Origin: Flavobacteriaceae bacterium
GTDB taxonomy: Bacteria > Bacteroidota > Bacteroidia > Flavobacteriales > Flavobacteriaceae
Direction: 5' to 3'
Assembly: GCA_035312485.1 (NCBI GenBank)
Contig: DATGBV010000107.1
Coordinates: forward strand, 1-55,729
DNA length: 55,729 nucleotides
Of the stretch, positions 1-9,344 are shown one piece after another. Position 1 is the first letter of the stretch. Each line of letters opens with the position of its first letter. The translations under genes and the position numbers were made by a program. Under the pieces are notes generated by a model. It made no database searches, was not told the origin of the DNA, and saw only the letters and a list, made by a program, of their open reading frames with translations.

Positions 1-1
1 A

Positions 2-235
2 ACACAATGGAGTCCATTTGCTAAAGACACCAAATATTATGAGCCATCAAAAAAAGACTTTATGTTTAATTACAGAGTTGAAAATTTAGTTGAACTATTA
101 AGTGTATTGAAAGAAGAAGGTGTAACAGTTATTGGAGAAATAGAAGAATATGAATATGGAAAATTTGGATGGATTATGGATAATGATGGAAACAAAATAG
201 AACTTTGGGAACCTATTGATAGTGCTTTTTTGTAA
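2..235 (+). CDS. VOC/glyoxalase family protein, 5'-truncated by window edge
   Basis: Manual translation of frame 2: ...FMFNYRVENL...YGKFGWIMDNDGNKIELWEP*, typical VOC C-terminal motif. Confidence 0.8.
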   Translation, partial: TQWSPFAKDTKYYEPSKKDFMFNYRVENLVELLSVLKEEGVTVIGEIEEYEYGKFGWIMDNDGNKIELWEPIDSAFL

Positions 236-261
236 ATTAGTTGTAATCAAAGTAGCTAAAT

Positions 262-522
262 ATGAAAATGTATAAAAATTGCCAAAGTTGTGGTATGCCC
301 CTTAAAAAAGATCCAAAAGGTGGCGCAACGAATGCAGATGGTTCAGAAAACACCATGTATTGTAGTTATTGTTATGATGATGGTAAATTTCTGCAACCAG
401 ATATAACTGTTACTGAAATGCAAGAGTTTGTAAAAGTGAAATTAAAAGAGATGAAATTTCCTGGATTTATCGCTGGATTCTTCACTAAAGGCATTCCAAA
501 ATTGGAGCGTTGGAAAAAATAA
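262..522 (+). CDS. Putative zinc-ribbon domain protein
   Basis: CQSCGMP...YCSYCY motifs; ends IPKLERW. Confidence 0.8.
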   Translation: MKMYKNCQSCGMPLKKDPKGGATNADGSENTMYCSYCYDDGKFLQPDITVTEMQEFVKVKLKEMKFPGFIAGFFTKGIPKLERWKK

Positions 523-572
523 ATACCCTAGCATTAAGTTTATTATTATAATTGCATATACCATAAATTTTA

Positions 573-1337
573 GTGACATATATTGAGATACTTCAATCTT
601 ATAATTTAACTGCATTGCAATGGTTAGCTGTTGGGTTTGCAGTTTTTTTGTTAGGCCTATCAAAATCTGGTATAAAAGGTATTGGAATTATCATTGTAGT
701 AATTCTTGCCTTTGTTTTCGGAGAAAAAGCATCAACAGGCATTTTACTTCCAATGTTAATTAGCGCTGATATTTTTGCAGTTGTTTATTATAATAGGCAT
801 GCACAATGGAAGTATATTAAAATACTGATACCATGGATGATAATAGGTGTTTTGGTAGGTGTATGGATTGGGAATGATATTTCGGAGGTTATCTTTAAAA
901 GGCTTATGGCTATCATTATAATAGGTTCAGTGATAATCATGTTTTTTTCAGAAAACAGAAAGTCTGATCAAGTGCCAACAAACAAATTATTTTCTAGCGG
1001 AATGGGTTTTTTAGCCGGTTTTACAACTATGATAGGTAATTTGGCCGGACCTATTTCCAATATTTATTTTCTTGCTATGCGTTTTCCTAAAAACGAATTT
1101 ATTGGTACAGCTGCTTGGTTATTTTTTATTATAAATGTATTTAAACTACCATTTCATTTTTTTATCTGGAAAACAGTTTCAAAAGAGACACTTGTTTTAA
1201 ATTCTGTTTTAATACCTATAGTTGTCCTTGGATTTTTTTTAGGAGCTTACATTGTTAAATTCATTTCTAATATAAATTATAGACGTTTTATATTGATAGT
1301 AACAGCAGTTGGAGGCGTGATTTTATTTTTCAGGTAA
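573..1337 (+). CDS. TauE/SafE family permease
   Basis: About 8 hydrophobic segments, duplicated G-rich helices, AGFTTMIGNLAGP. Confidence 0.85.
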   Translation: MTYIEILQSYNLTALQWLAVGFAVFLLGLSKSGIKGIGIIIVVILAFVFGEKASTGILLPMLISADIFAVVYYNRHAQWKYIKILIPWMIIGVLVGVWIGNDISEVIFKRLMAIIIIGSVIIMFFSENRKSDQVPTNKLFSSGMGFLAGFTTMIGNLAGPISNIYFLAMRFPKNEFIGTAAWLFFIINVFKLPFHFFIWKTVSKETLVLNSVLIPIVVLGFFLGAYIVKFISNINYRRFILIVTAVGGVILFFR

Positions 1338-1433
1338 ATTAAACTGTAACATTCTTATAATTTGAAACACATATAATGAGTAGTGAATTCAATTTTTTAC
1401 TACCTTTAAAATCACTAATCAAAAAGTACTATT

Positions 1434-1886
1434 ATGTCTGACGAAAAAAATTTAAGCGATGATCTTAACGACATGTTAGGAGACGCTAAAGAAGGAGCAA
1501 AAAAAGCAGCAGATAAAGCTGGAGAGTTTGCAAAAGAAGCCAAAGAAAAAGCTAGTGAGTTTGCAGGTGAAGCCAAAGAATCTGCAAAAGAATTTACAGA
1601 TGGAGCAAAAGAAACCTTTGACAAAGCTACTGGCGATAACAAGAAAATACTCGCAGGTGTGCTTGCAATTTTATTAGGTGCTTTTGGCGTTCATAAATTT
1701 ATTCTGGGCTATAATAAAGAAGGAATAATTATGTTAGTTATTACTTTAATTCTAGGAATTATTACTTGTGGCATTGCCGCTTCGGCAATGGGAATTGTTT
1801 CTTTAATTGAAGGAATTATTTATCTAACAAAATCAGATGAAGAGTTTTATAATACGTACCAAGTAGGTAAAAGGCCTTGGTTTTAA
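1434..1886 (+). CDS. TM2 domain membrane protein with N-terminal 11-mer repeats
   Basis: KKILAGVLAILLGAFGVHKFILGY TM2 motif; N-terminal AKE-rich repeats. Confidence 0.85.
   Translation: MSDEKNLSDDLNDMLGDAKEGAKKAADKAGEFAKEAKEKASEFAGEAKESAKEFTDGAKETFDKATGDNKKILAGVLAILLGAFGVHKFILGYNKEGIIMLVITLILGIITCGIAASAMGIVSLIEGIIYLTKSDEEFYNTYQVGKRPWF
1515..1613 (+). repeat. Three 33-nt tandem coding repeats (11 aa)
   Basis: KAGEFAKEAKE / KASEFAGEAKE / SAKEFTDGAKE. Confidence 0.75.
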
Positions 1887-1898
1887 ATAAATAATTAG

Positions 1899-1926
1899 AA
1901 GCCATAAAAATAATTTATGGCTTTTA
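1899..1926 (+). terminator. Intrinsic terminator
   Basis: aagccataaa-N5-tttatggctt followed by T-rich tail. Confidence 0.6.
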
Positions 1927-1940
1927 TTAAAAACTCTATT

Positions 1941-1979
1941 ATCGTAATATTGCAATATTAGAATATTGTTATATATTTG
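1941..1979 (+). promoter_or_regulatory. Probable ArsR operator plus Bacteroidota -7 box
   Basis: Imperfect palindrome atcgtaatattgcaat at 1941-1956; TATATTTG at 1972-1979 upstream of arsR. Confidence 0.6.
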
Positions 1980-1997
1980 CCCTGTAAAACTAAAACC

Positions 1998-2321
1998 ATG
2001 GGAACTACAAAAACGCAAATATTCACCCAAAAACAAAATGAACTTGCTCAATATTTTAAGGTTTTGGGTCATCCTGCAAGAGTGGCTATACTCCAATATG
2101 TGAGCCAACAGAATGCATGTATTTGTAACGATTTGGTAGAAGAAATTGGCTTGGCACAAGCCACAATTTCACAACACCTAAAAGAATTAAAAAACATTGG
2201 TTTACTTGAAGGGGAAATTGAAGGCAAGCGCATGTGTTATTGCATCAATTTAGACCTTTGGAATAGTTTACAAAAAGAATTAAACACATTTTTCAATACA
2301 ACAAAATCCAATTGTTGTTAA
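1998..2321 (+). CDS. arsR: ArsR/SmtB family repressor
   Basis: LGHPARVAIL...CICNDL...LAQATISQHLKELK HTH, C-terminal CC; start taken at ATG 1998, downstream of the promoter. Confidence 0.85.
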   Translation: MGTTKTQIFTQKQNELAQYFKVLGHPARVAILQYVSQQNACICNDLVEEIGLAQATISQHLKELKNIGLLEGEIEGKRMCYCINLDLWNSLQKELNTFFNTTKSNCC

Positions 2322-2349
2322 TCAATATTAACTTTTTAAAACAATAATC

Positions 2350-2490
2350 ATGAAAACTAAAAATAAGAAAACACAAAACCAAACGAGCACAAATCTAGAC
2401 ACCAAAATTAAATTGGTCTATGATAAGTGTTGTGAGAGTATTGCTAAATATTCTATAGGATTTTTCGAAGCATTGGCAATGATTAAATAA
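2350..2490 (+). CDS. Unannotated 46-aa peptide with vicinal Cys pair
   Basis: MKTKNKKTQNQTSTNLDTKIKLVYDKCCESIAKYSIGFFEALAMIK*; A-rich upstream context; fills the gap in the operon. Confidence 0.55.
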   Translation: MKTKNKKTQNQTSTNLDTKIKLVYDKCCESIAKYSIGFFEALAMIK

Positions 2491-2518
2491 TAGTTACAAA
2501 CCTTTAAAATCTAATTAA

Positions 2519-3007
2519 ATGAAAACACAAGAATTTTTTAATGTACTGCAAGTGCATAAAGATAAATCGTTGTTATTTGAATATGCACCAAATGAATATG
2601 TTGGTGCCAATTATCATATAACCGAAATAAAGCACACTACAATTGATTCAGTAGATTGTGGAGCAAAAACAGACGCATGGAATGAAACTGTAATTCAGTT
2701 ATGGGAAAGCCCAATGGAAATTGGTAAGCGTGATTTTATGAAAGTTGACAAAGCAATTTCAATACTGGAAAGAGTAGGTAGCATGAAACCTTATTATTTG
2801 GATGCTGAAGTAAGATTTGAATATAGTAACGCAACTTTTCATACAGCGCAACTATTTGTTAACGATTTTGAAATACAAGGTAACAACTTAATTTTTAAGT
2901 TAGTGGTAGAAAAAACCGATTGTAAGGCAAAAAGTGTTTGCTGCAATGAGGTAGAGGCAGTGGTTGAAGAAGAACCTTGTTGTTCTAATGATGGAAATTG
3001 TTGTTAG
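2519..3007 (+). CDS. DUF6428-like protein of ars operons, Cys-rich tail
   Basis: YHITEIK...VDCG...ETVIQLW motif; tail with CC pairs. Confidence 0.75.
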   Translation: MKTQEFFNVLQVHKDKSLLFEYAPNEYVGANYHITEIKHTTIDSVDCGAKTDAWNETVIQLWESPMEIGKRDFMKVDKAISILERVGSMKPYYLDAEVRFEYSNATFHTAQLFVNDFEIQGNNLIFKLVVEKTDCKAKSVCCNEVEAVVEEEPCCSNDGNCC

Positions 3008-3482
3008 ACCTTTAATTAAACAAGATTGGGATTCGGTTTCAAAAATTTATGCAGATGGTATTGCTACTGGTCTAGCTACTTTTGAAACCGAAATTCCTGA
3101 TTGGGAGATATGGAATAGTAAGTATGTTGATTCTTGTAGAATTGTTTCAACCTTGAATGAAAAAGTTGTTGGTTTTGCTGTAATATCTTTAGTTTCCAGA
3201 AGGGAAGTTTATAAAGGTGTTGCAGAGGTAACTGTTTATGTTGATAAAGATTTTAAGCGTCAAAATATTGGAGAAATTCTTTTAAGAGAACTTATAAAGG
3301 AAAGTGAGAAACATGGCTTTTGGACCTTACAAGCTGCAATTTTTTCTGAAAACATAGCAAGCATAAACCTTCATAAAAAATGTGGGTTTAGAGTTGTTGG
3401 CGTTAGAAAAAAAATAGGAAAACTAAATGGAAAATGGTATGATAATCATTTTCTGGAAAAACGAAGTAACAAAATAGCATAA
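2991..3482 (+). CDS. GNAT N-acetyltransferase, phosphinothricin/arsinothricin acetyltransferase (ArsN1)-like
   Basis: GIATGLATFETE, VSRREVYKGVAEV, ENIASINLHKKCGF; lies within ars operon; start 2988 or 2991. Confidence 0.8.
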   Translation: MEIVVRPLIKQDWDSVSKIYADGIATGLATFETEIPDWEIWNSKYVDSCRIVSTLNEKVVGFAVISLVSRREVYKGVAEVTVYVDKDFKRQNIGEILLRELIKESEKHGFWTLQAAIFSENIASINLHKKCGFRVVGVRKKIGKLNGKWYDNHFLEKRSNKIA

Positions 3483-3904
3483 TGAAAAACATATTAGTAC
3501 TCTGTACGGGAAACTCATGTCGAAGTCAAATGGCTCATGGTTATTTAAATCAATTTTTAGACAACAGAAAAATTATGGTTTACAGTGCTGGTATTGAAAC
3601 CCATGGTTTAAATCCAGGCGCAATCTCTATCATGAAAGAAGATGGAATAGATATTTCATACCATACCTCGAACCATGTAGATGAGTATGCAGATGTAAAT
3701 TTTGATTATATTATAACTGTGTGTGACCATGCTAACGAAAATTGTCCTTACATTCCAAGTAAAAATGCATTGAGATTACATCACAATTTTTTTGACCCAT
3801 CAAAAGTTTCTGGAACAGATGAAGAAAAACATAAGGCTTTTTTAAAAGCACGAAACGAAATAAGAAATTACATTAAAAAGTTTATAGAAGATTACCTTGA
3901 TTAA
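3482..3904 (+). CDS. arsC: Thioredoxin-coupled arsenate reductase (LMW-PTP fold)
   Basis: CTGNSCRS P-loop and VCDHANENCP resolving cysteines. Confidence 0.9.
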   Translation: MKNILVLCTGNSCRSQMAHGYLNQFLDNRKIMVYSAGIETHGLNPGAISIMKEDGIDISYHTSNHVDEYADVNFDYIITVCDHANENCPYIPSKNALRLHHNFFDPSKVSGTDEEKHKAFLKARNEIRNYIKKFIEDYLD

Positions 3905-5724
3905 TCTTCACCTTCAGATTCAGTTTGTTCCGAAAGCCTTTGCTCTAATTCGGCTTGAAATTCTTCCATAACTGGCCTTACAGTACTTTCAGGCAAGTCG
4001 GCAATTTTAATATACATCAATCCGTCAACTGCATTGTTAAACAATGGGTCTACATTAAAAGCAACCAATCTTGCATTTTGTTTAATATACTTTTTAAGTA
4101 AAACAGGCAACCGTAGAGCTCCAGGTTCAACCTCATCAATTATTTTGTCAAACTTATTCAGATCAGCTTCGGTTTCATCAAAAACAAAATCTTTATCAGC
4201 ATCTTTTAATTTTACCTTAAATTCTTTTTTAGGATGTACATATTGGGCAATGTATGGATCGTAATAATGTGATTTCATAAACTCAATCATCAACGATTTG
4301 GAAAAATTTGAAAATTGATTGCTAATACTTACACCACCAATTAAAAATTTATGTTCCGGATAACGTAAAGTAGTATGAACTATGCCTTTCCAGAGCAAAA
4401 ACAAAGGCATCGGCTTTTGCTGATACTCTTTAATGATGAAAGCACGTCCCATTTCAATTGATTGGCTCATCATTTTATAAAGCTCGGGCTCAAACCTGAA
4501 CAAATCTTGAAGGTAAAAGCCATTAATACCATACATTTCAAAAATCTTTGAACCTAATCCCATGCGATATGCTCCAACAATTATCTTTTTATCATCATCC
4601 CAAAGAAACATATGATGATAATAAGTGTCAAACTTATCTAAATCAATGGCTTCGTTAGTGCCTTCACCTACTTCCCTAAAGGTTATTTCACGTAGTCTCC
4701 CTATCTCATGTAAAATATTTGTGATTTTATTAGCTGGCGCTAAATACACTTCATAGTTCTTACTTTTTAATAATCTGTAATCACCGTTTTGTAAATCCTT
4801 GACCTCTTCCGTCATTGCATCTGAACTTACAGGAGTTACAATTTTTTTCGGAACCTTTGGGACTTTAAGTGTAGATGAAATAGTTTCTAATCTTTTAGGT
4901 TTATCCTCAAAAGCATTAGAAAGCATATAAGTTTTACGCCTTATGAATTCAGAAAATTCTTCGAGAGAAGTATGTTCTTTTTGGTCATTCACCGAAATAG
5001 GTCTACCTATGCGAACCTTAATAATTCTTCGCTTTTGGGTTAATAGCTCTGATGGTAATTTGGCAGTTCTAAATGTGTCACTAATTTTAGACAACTTATA
5101 AAAAAGTTTACTGTTCTTGGCATGAAAATATATAGGTACGACAGGAACTTCCGATTTTTGAATAAGTTTTATGGCGGCTTCTTCCCAAGGTTTATCTACT
5201 ACTAGTTTTCCATCCCTGTAAGTTGAAACTTCACCTGCTGGGAAAATACCTAAAGGCTTTCCTTCTTTTAAATGCATAAGCGAATTTTTAAAACCAGTAA
5301 GGCTGGATTTTACATCTTTTCTCTCTTCAAAGGGATTAACAGGCATGATGTATGGTTTCATTGGCTCTATGCGATGTAACAAAAAATTGGCAATGATTTT
5401 AAAATCATCTCGTTGTTCTAACATAAGCTTTAAGAGTAAAATACCATCAATACCGCCTAAAGGATGATTAGAAACCGTAATGTAAGCCCCATCTTTTGGA
5501 AGCCGTTTTAGGTCTTCTTCAGGAATCTCAAACTTGATTTGAAATTCGTTTAAAATAGCATTTAAAAATTCTAAATTACTTAAATGCTTGTTTCTGTTGT
5601 ATATTCTGTTGAGTGTAGAGATTTTAAGAAGCTTCATGAGTATCCATCCAAAAAAAGTACCTGCCAAACCATACTTGTCTGCATGAATTGCAATAGCTAC
5701 TTCTTTAGCGGTTACCAACCCCAT
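3901..5724 (-). CDS. Bifunctional acyltransferase + GNAT N-acyltransferase (OlsF-like aminolipid synthase)
   Basis: N-terminal NHPLGGID / FPAGEV acyltransferase motifs; C-terminal GRLREITFR, IEMGR. Confidence 0.75.
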   Translation of the reverse strand: MGLVTAKEVAIAIHADKYGLAGTFFGWILMKLLKISTLNRIYNRNKHLSNLEFLNAILNEFQIKFEIPEEDLKRLPKDGAYITVSNHPLGGIDGILLLKLMLEQRDDFKIIANFLLHRIEPMKPYIMPVNPFEERKDVKSSLTGFKNSLMHLKEGKPLGIFPAGEVSTYRDGKLVVDKPWEEAAIKLIQKSEVPVVPIYFHAKNSKLFYKLSKISDTFRTAKLPSELLTQKRRIIKVRIGRPISVNDQKEHTSLEEFSEFIRRKTYMLSNAFEDKPKRLETISSTLKVPKVPKKIVTPVSSDAMTEEVKDLQNGDYRLLKSKNYEVYLAPANKITNILHEIGRLREITFREVGEGTNEAIDLDKFDTYYHHMFLWDDDKKIIVGAYRMGLGSKIFEMYGINGFYLQDLFRFEPELYKMMSQSIEMGRAFIIKEYQQKPMPLFLLWKGIVHTTLRYPEHKFLIGGVSISNQFSNFSKSLMIEFMKSHYYDPYIAQYVHPKKEFKVKLKDADKDFVFDETEADLNKFDKIIDEVEPGALRLPVLLKKYIKQNARLVAFNVDPLFNNAVDGLMYIKIADLPESTVRPVMEEFQAELEQRLSEQTESEGED

Positions 5725-5801
5725 AGTTTCTTATTTGAGAGAAATACAAACCTAATCAAAATTTTTCACATGAATTGAAATGCATTTATGTGCACATTTC
5801 T

Positions 5802-7052
5802 CTATTGTGTAACTATTTGAACGGTTTCTTGAGTGATTTGTTTTAATAGAACCGTTTTATCTTTTTCAAGCTGATCTATAACAGTCTTATTGTAATGTCT
5901 AATGGTATATAATGAAACATTTTCATTACAAGTTACTTTAAATTTGGCTTTTAAATGTTGCAGTAGCTTTTCAAGATTGTTATAGATGTTGTCCACACAA
6001 ACAGAAAAACTAATTGCCGAATTCTGAATAACGTCTACCTTCATTTTGTATTGATGTAACAGGCCAAAAATATGGCTAATATTTTCTTCAACTATATAAG
6101 AAAAATCCAATGATGACAGTGAAATTAATACTTGATCCTTTTTTACTATAAGACAGGGTATATTGGGCTCTATACCAATACCTTTGCCAACCATTGTTCC
6201 AGAATCAAGAGGACTGACAAACGATTTCACAAACAAGGGGATCTCTTTGCCCTGTAGAGGTTGTAATGTTTTAGGATGGATAACAGAGGCTCCATAAAAT
6301 GCTAATTCTATGGCTTCTCTATAAGATATTTTGTTAATTAATTGAGCATTTTCAAAATAACGAGGGTCAGCATTTAAAACACCAGGAACATCTTTCCAAA
6401 TTGTAACACCAGTTGCGTTTAAGCAATATGCAAAAATTGCAGCAGTATAATCACTTCCTTCTCTTCCAAGCGTTGTGGTAAAGTTGTTGGCATCACTGCC
6501 TAAAAACCCTTGTGTAATATTTAATACATTTTTGTTAAAACTTGAAGATATTAACTGTTGAGTTGTATCCCAATCCACATTTGCCCTTCTGTAATAATTA
6601 TCGGTTTTTATAAATTCACGAACATCTATCCAGTTGTTTTTTAAATTTATAGTATTTAAATATTCACTTATTATTGTAGTTGAAACCAACTCACCATAAC
6701 TTATAGTTTGGTCATAAACAAAGTTATAATCTGGTGACTTGTTTCTTCCTAAAAAGTTGTCTAATTCTTGAAAAAGCGTTGAAACTTTACTAAAAGCAAT
6801 ATGGTTTTCGTCATCAAATAAATCTAACAGAATTGCATTATGATATTTTTTTACCTCTTGTAGAGAGCTTTGCAATTCACTTTTATTTTCAAAATAATTC
6901 TTAATGACAACTTCCAGGGCATTGGTTGTTTTACCCATGGCAGAAACAACTACCAATGTGTTGTCATAACCTACTTTTTTTAATACCGAAGCTAAATTTT
7001 TAACACCATTGGCATCTTTTATAGATGCTCCGCCAAATTTAAATACTTGCAT
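5802..7052 (-). CDS. lysC: Aspartate kinase
   Basis: VFKFGGAS, VVVSAMG, TTLGREGSDYTA, DPR. Confidence 0.92.
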   Translation of the reverse strand: MQVFKFGGASIKDANGVKNLASVLKKVGYDNTLVVVSAMGKTTNALEVVIKNYFENKSELQSSLQEVKKYHNAILLDLFDDENHIAFSKVSTLFQELDNFLGRNKSPDYNFVYDQTISYGELVSTTIISEYLNTINLKNNWIDVREFIKTDNYYRRANVDWDTTQQLISSSFNKNVLNITQGFLGSDANNFTTTLGREGSDYTAAIFAYCLNATGVTIWKDVPGVLNADPRYFENAQLINKISYREAIELAFYGASVIHPKTLQPLQGKEIPLFVKSFVSPLDSGTMVGKGIGIEPNIPCLIVKKDQVLISLSSLDFSYIVEENISHIFGLLHQYKMKVDVIQNSAISFSVCVDNIYNNLEKLLQHLKAKFKVTCNENVSLYTIRHYNKTVIDQLEKDKTVLLKQITQETVQIVTQ

Positions 7053-7060
7053 TATGTTGT

Positions 7061-7546
7061 TTAATTATTCAGATTTAATATATATTTTTTTAATCCTTTT
7101 TGATCCATTTGAACAGTTTCCCAACCTTCTAAAATTTTAGCGCCAGAATTGATATAAAAATCTCTTGCTGGTGTATTCCAGTCTAAAACCACCCATTCTA
7201 CTCTTCGCACATTTTCTTTGTAAGCTTGTTTTAACACTGCATCATATAATGCGGTTCCAATATTCTGTTTTCGCATGTGTTCATATACTATTAAGTCTTC
7301 TAAATGTATTGTTTTCCCTTTCCAAGTAGAATATCTATAATAGTAAAGTGCCATACCTACTATCTCTCCATCTTTTTCTGCAAGTAATGTTTGAAACAAT
7401 GGATTGTTGCCAAAACCATCTCTTTCAATTTCTTCTATAGTAACCTCTACAGCCTCTGGTTCTCTTTCAAAATCTGCCAAATGCTTTATTAAATGTAATA
7501 TAGCTTGTGCGTCTTTTTTCTTTGCTTTTCTAATGCTAAAACTCAT
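7061..7546 (-). CDS. GNAT acetyltransferase (diamine acetyltransferase-like)
   Basis: YSTWKGKTIHLEDL, VLDWNTPA. Confidence 0.85.
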   Translation of the reverse strand: MSFSIRKAKKKDAQAILHLIKHLADFEREPEAVEVTIEEIERDGFGNNPLFQTLLAEKDGEIVGMALYYYRYSTWKGKTIHLEDLIVYEHMRKQNIGTALYDAVLKQAYKENVRRVEWVVLDWNTPARDFYINSGAKILEGWETVQMDQKGLKKYILNLNN

Positions 7547-7665
7547 TTTTTTAAAATAAAGGCAAAGATAACTTAAACAAGTTTATTAAATACTATTTTA
7601 ATTTCACGAAAACGTTGTAGTTCATTAAAAAAAACCCAATCTTTGCAAATGCAAATCTTTATATT

Positions 7666-8670
7666 ATGTCTCAAAAAAACCAGACTCTTGGTGAATTCAT
7701 TATTGAAAATCAATCTTCTTTTAAATATACTTCTGGCGAATTATCCAGACTGATTAACTCCCTTCGTCTTGCTGCTAAAGTTGTAAACCATGAAGTTAAT
7801 AAAGCTGGTTTAGTTGATATTATTGGAAATTATGGTGAAACCAATATTCAAGGAGAAGACCAACAAAAGCTTGATGTCTATGCAAATGATAAATTTATTC
7901 AAACACTTACAAATAGGAATATTGTTTGTGGAATTGCTAGTGAGGAAGAAGATGATTTTATTAGTATAAACAGTCAAGATGAAAACAATCAAAATAAATA
8001 TGTTGTCTTGATTGATCCTCTAGATGGATCAACAAATATAGATGTAAACGTTTCAGTTGGAACCATCTTTTCAGTCTACAGGCGCATCACACCTGTTGGA
8101 ACTCCAGTAACCATTGAAGATTTTTTACAAAAAGGGAACCAACAAGTTGCAGCTGGATATATTATTTACGGAACATCTACAATGTTGGTATATACCACAG
8201 GCCATGGTGTTAACGGCTTTACATTGAATCCAGCAATAGGAACATTTTATTTATCTCATCCGGATATGACATTTCCTGATAGTGGTAAAATTTATTCGGT
8301 CAATGAGGGCAATTATATTCATTTTCCTCAAGGCATAAAAAATTATATTAAATATTGCCAGATGGAAGAAGGCGATAGACCATATACAAGTAGGTATATA
8401 GGCTCGCTGGTTTCAGACTTTCATAGAAATATGATAAAAGGAGGTGTTTATTTGTATCCAAAAACTTCAAAAGATCCTAATGGGAAATTGCGTTTACTTT
8501 ATGAATGTAACCCAATGGCTTTTTTAGCAGAACAGGCTAACGGAAAAGCTAGTGACGGTTTTGTGCGTATTATGGATATAGAACCAACAGAACTTCATCA
8601 AAGAGTTCCATTTGTTTGTGGAAGTAAAAATATGGTTAAAAAAGTAGAAGAGTTTATGCAAATAGTATGA
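7666..8670 (+). CDS. fbp: Class 1 fructose-1,6-bisphosphatase
   Basis: [31 protein letters not shown]. Confidence 0.97.
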   Translation: MSQKNQTLGEFIIENQSSFKYTSGELSRLINSLRLAAKVVNHEVNKAGLVDIIGNYGETNIQGEDQQKLDVYANDKFIQTLTNRNIVCGIASEEEDDFISINSQDENNQNKYVVLIDPLDGSTNIDVNVSVGTIFSVYRRITPVGTPVTIEDFLQKGNQQVAAGYIIYGTSTMLVYTTGHGVNGFTLNPAIGTFYLSHPDMTFPDSGKIYSVNEGNYIHFPQGIKNYIKYCQMEEGDRPYTSRYIGSLVSDFHRNMIKGGVYLYPKTSKDPNGKLRLLYECNPMAFLAEQANGKASDGFVRIMDIEPTELHQRVPFVCGSKNMVKKVEEFMQIV

Positions 8671-8674
8671 GTAC

Positions 8675-8703
8675 AAAAAAAGCGAACAAAACGGTTCGCC
8701 TTT
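8675..8703 (-). terminator. Intrinsic terminator between convergent genes
   Basis: gcgaac-N6-gttcgc with a T run on the minus strand. Confidence 0.55.
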
Positions 8704-8724
8704 ATGATTCAATATTTTAAAATA

Positions 8725-9156
8725 CTATTTGTTCATATTTTTCATTTCGTCTATAAAGGTTTCTAGACCTACTCCATAAGACACTACAGTTAGCGCTTTA
8801 TCAACTATATATTCTACATTTTCTGGAGTAAACCCTAAACCAACTGCAATTTTTTTCAATAATACTCTTTCATTGTCATCTTTAATATGATCTACATGCA
8901 CCATGCGAGCTAAATCATACAAACGCTCTAATCTATGGTCATAAGAAATAGGTGGATTAATAGGATGAGACTTATAATCTTTTAAAATGGCTTTATAATT
9001 TGCTTCGGAAATATCTAAATTCCTTGCCAATCGGTCTAAAAATTCCTTTTCATCATCAGAAATAATACCATCATCCATTGCTACTCTCACTATTGCTGCA
9101 AAATGATCCTGATTTCTTTTTCTAAATCCGCTATCAAATAAATCTGAAATTGACAT
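8725..9156 (-). CDS. TerB-like protein
   Basis: VAMDDGIISDDEKEFL two-repeat helical TerB pattern. Confidence 0.75.
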   Translation of the reverse strand: MSISDLFDSGFRKRNQDHFAAIVRVAMDDGIISDDEKEFLDRLARNLDISEANYKAILKDYKSHPINPPISYDHRLERLYDLARMVHVDHIKDDNERVLLKKIAVGLGFTPENVEYIVDKALTVVSYGVGLETFIDEMKNMNK

Positions 9157-9344
9157 ATATACTTTTTTTTTAGTGGTGCAAACCTACATATTATTTTTCT
9201 TTTTATAATAATTAAAAAGTAAGAAAGTAGGTTCATTTTGTCCTAAATATTTAATTGAAATTTTCAGAGTAAATATAATTTTATTAATAGTTTTTATCAA
9301 TAAACTCTTGAACAAAATTTTATATTTGCCTAAAATTTAGTTGA

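Noticed and set aside
7606-7622. LacI-like site cgaaaacgttgtag upstream of fbp
   Set aside because: Single degenerate half-palindrome, insufficient without comparative data
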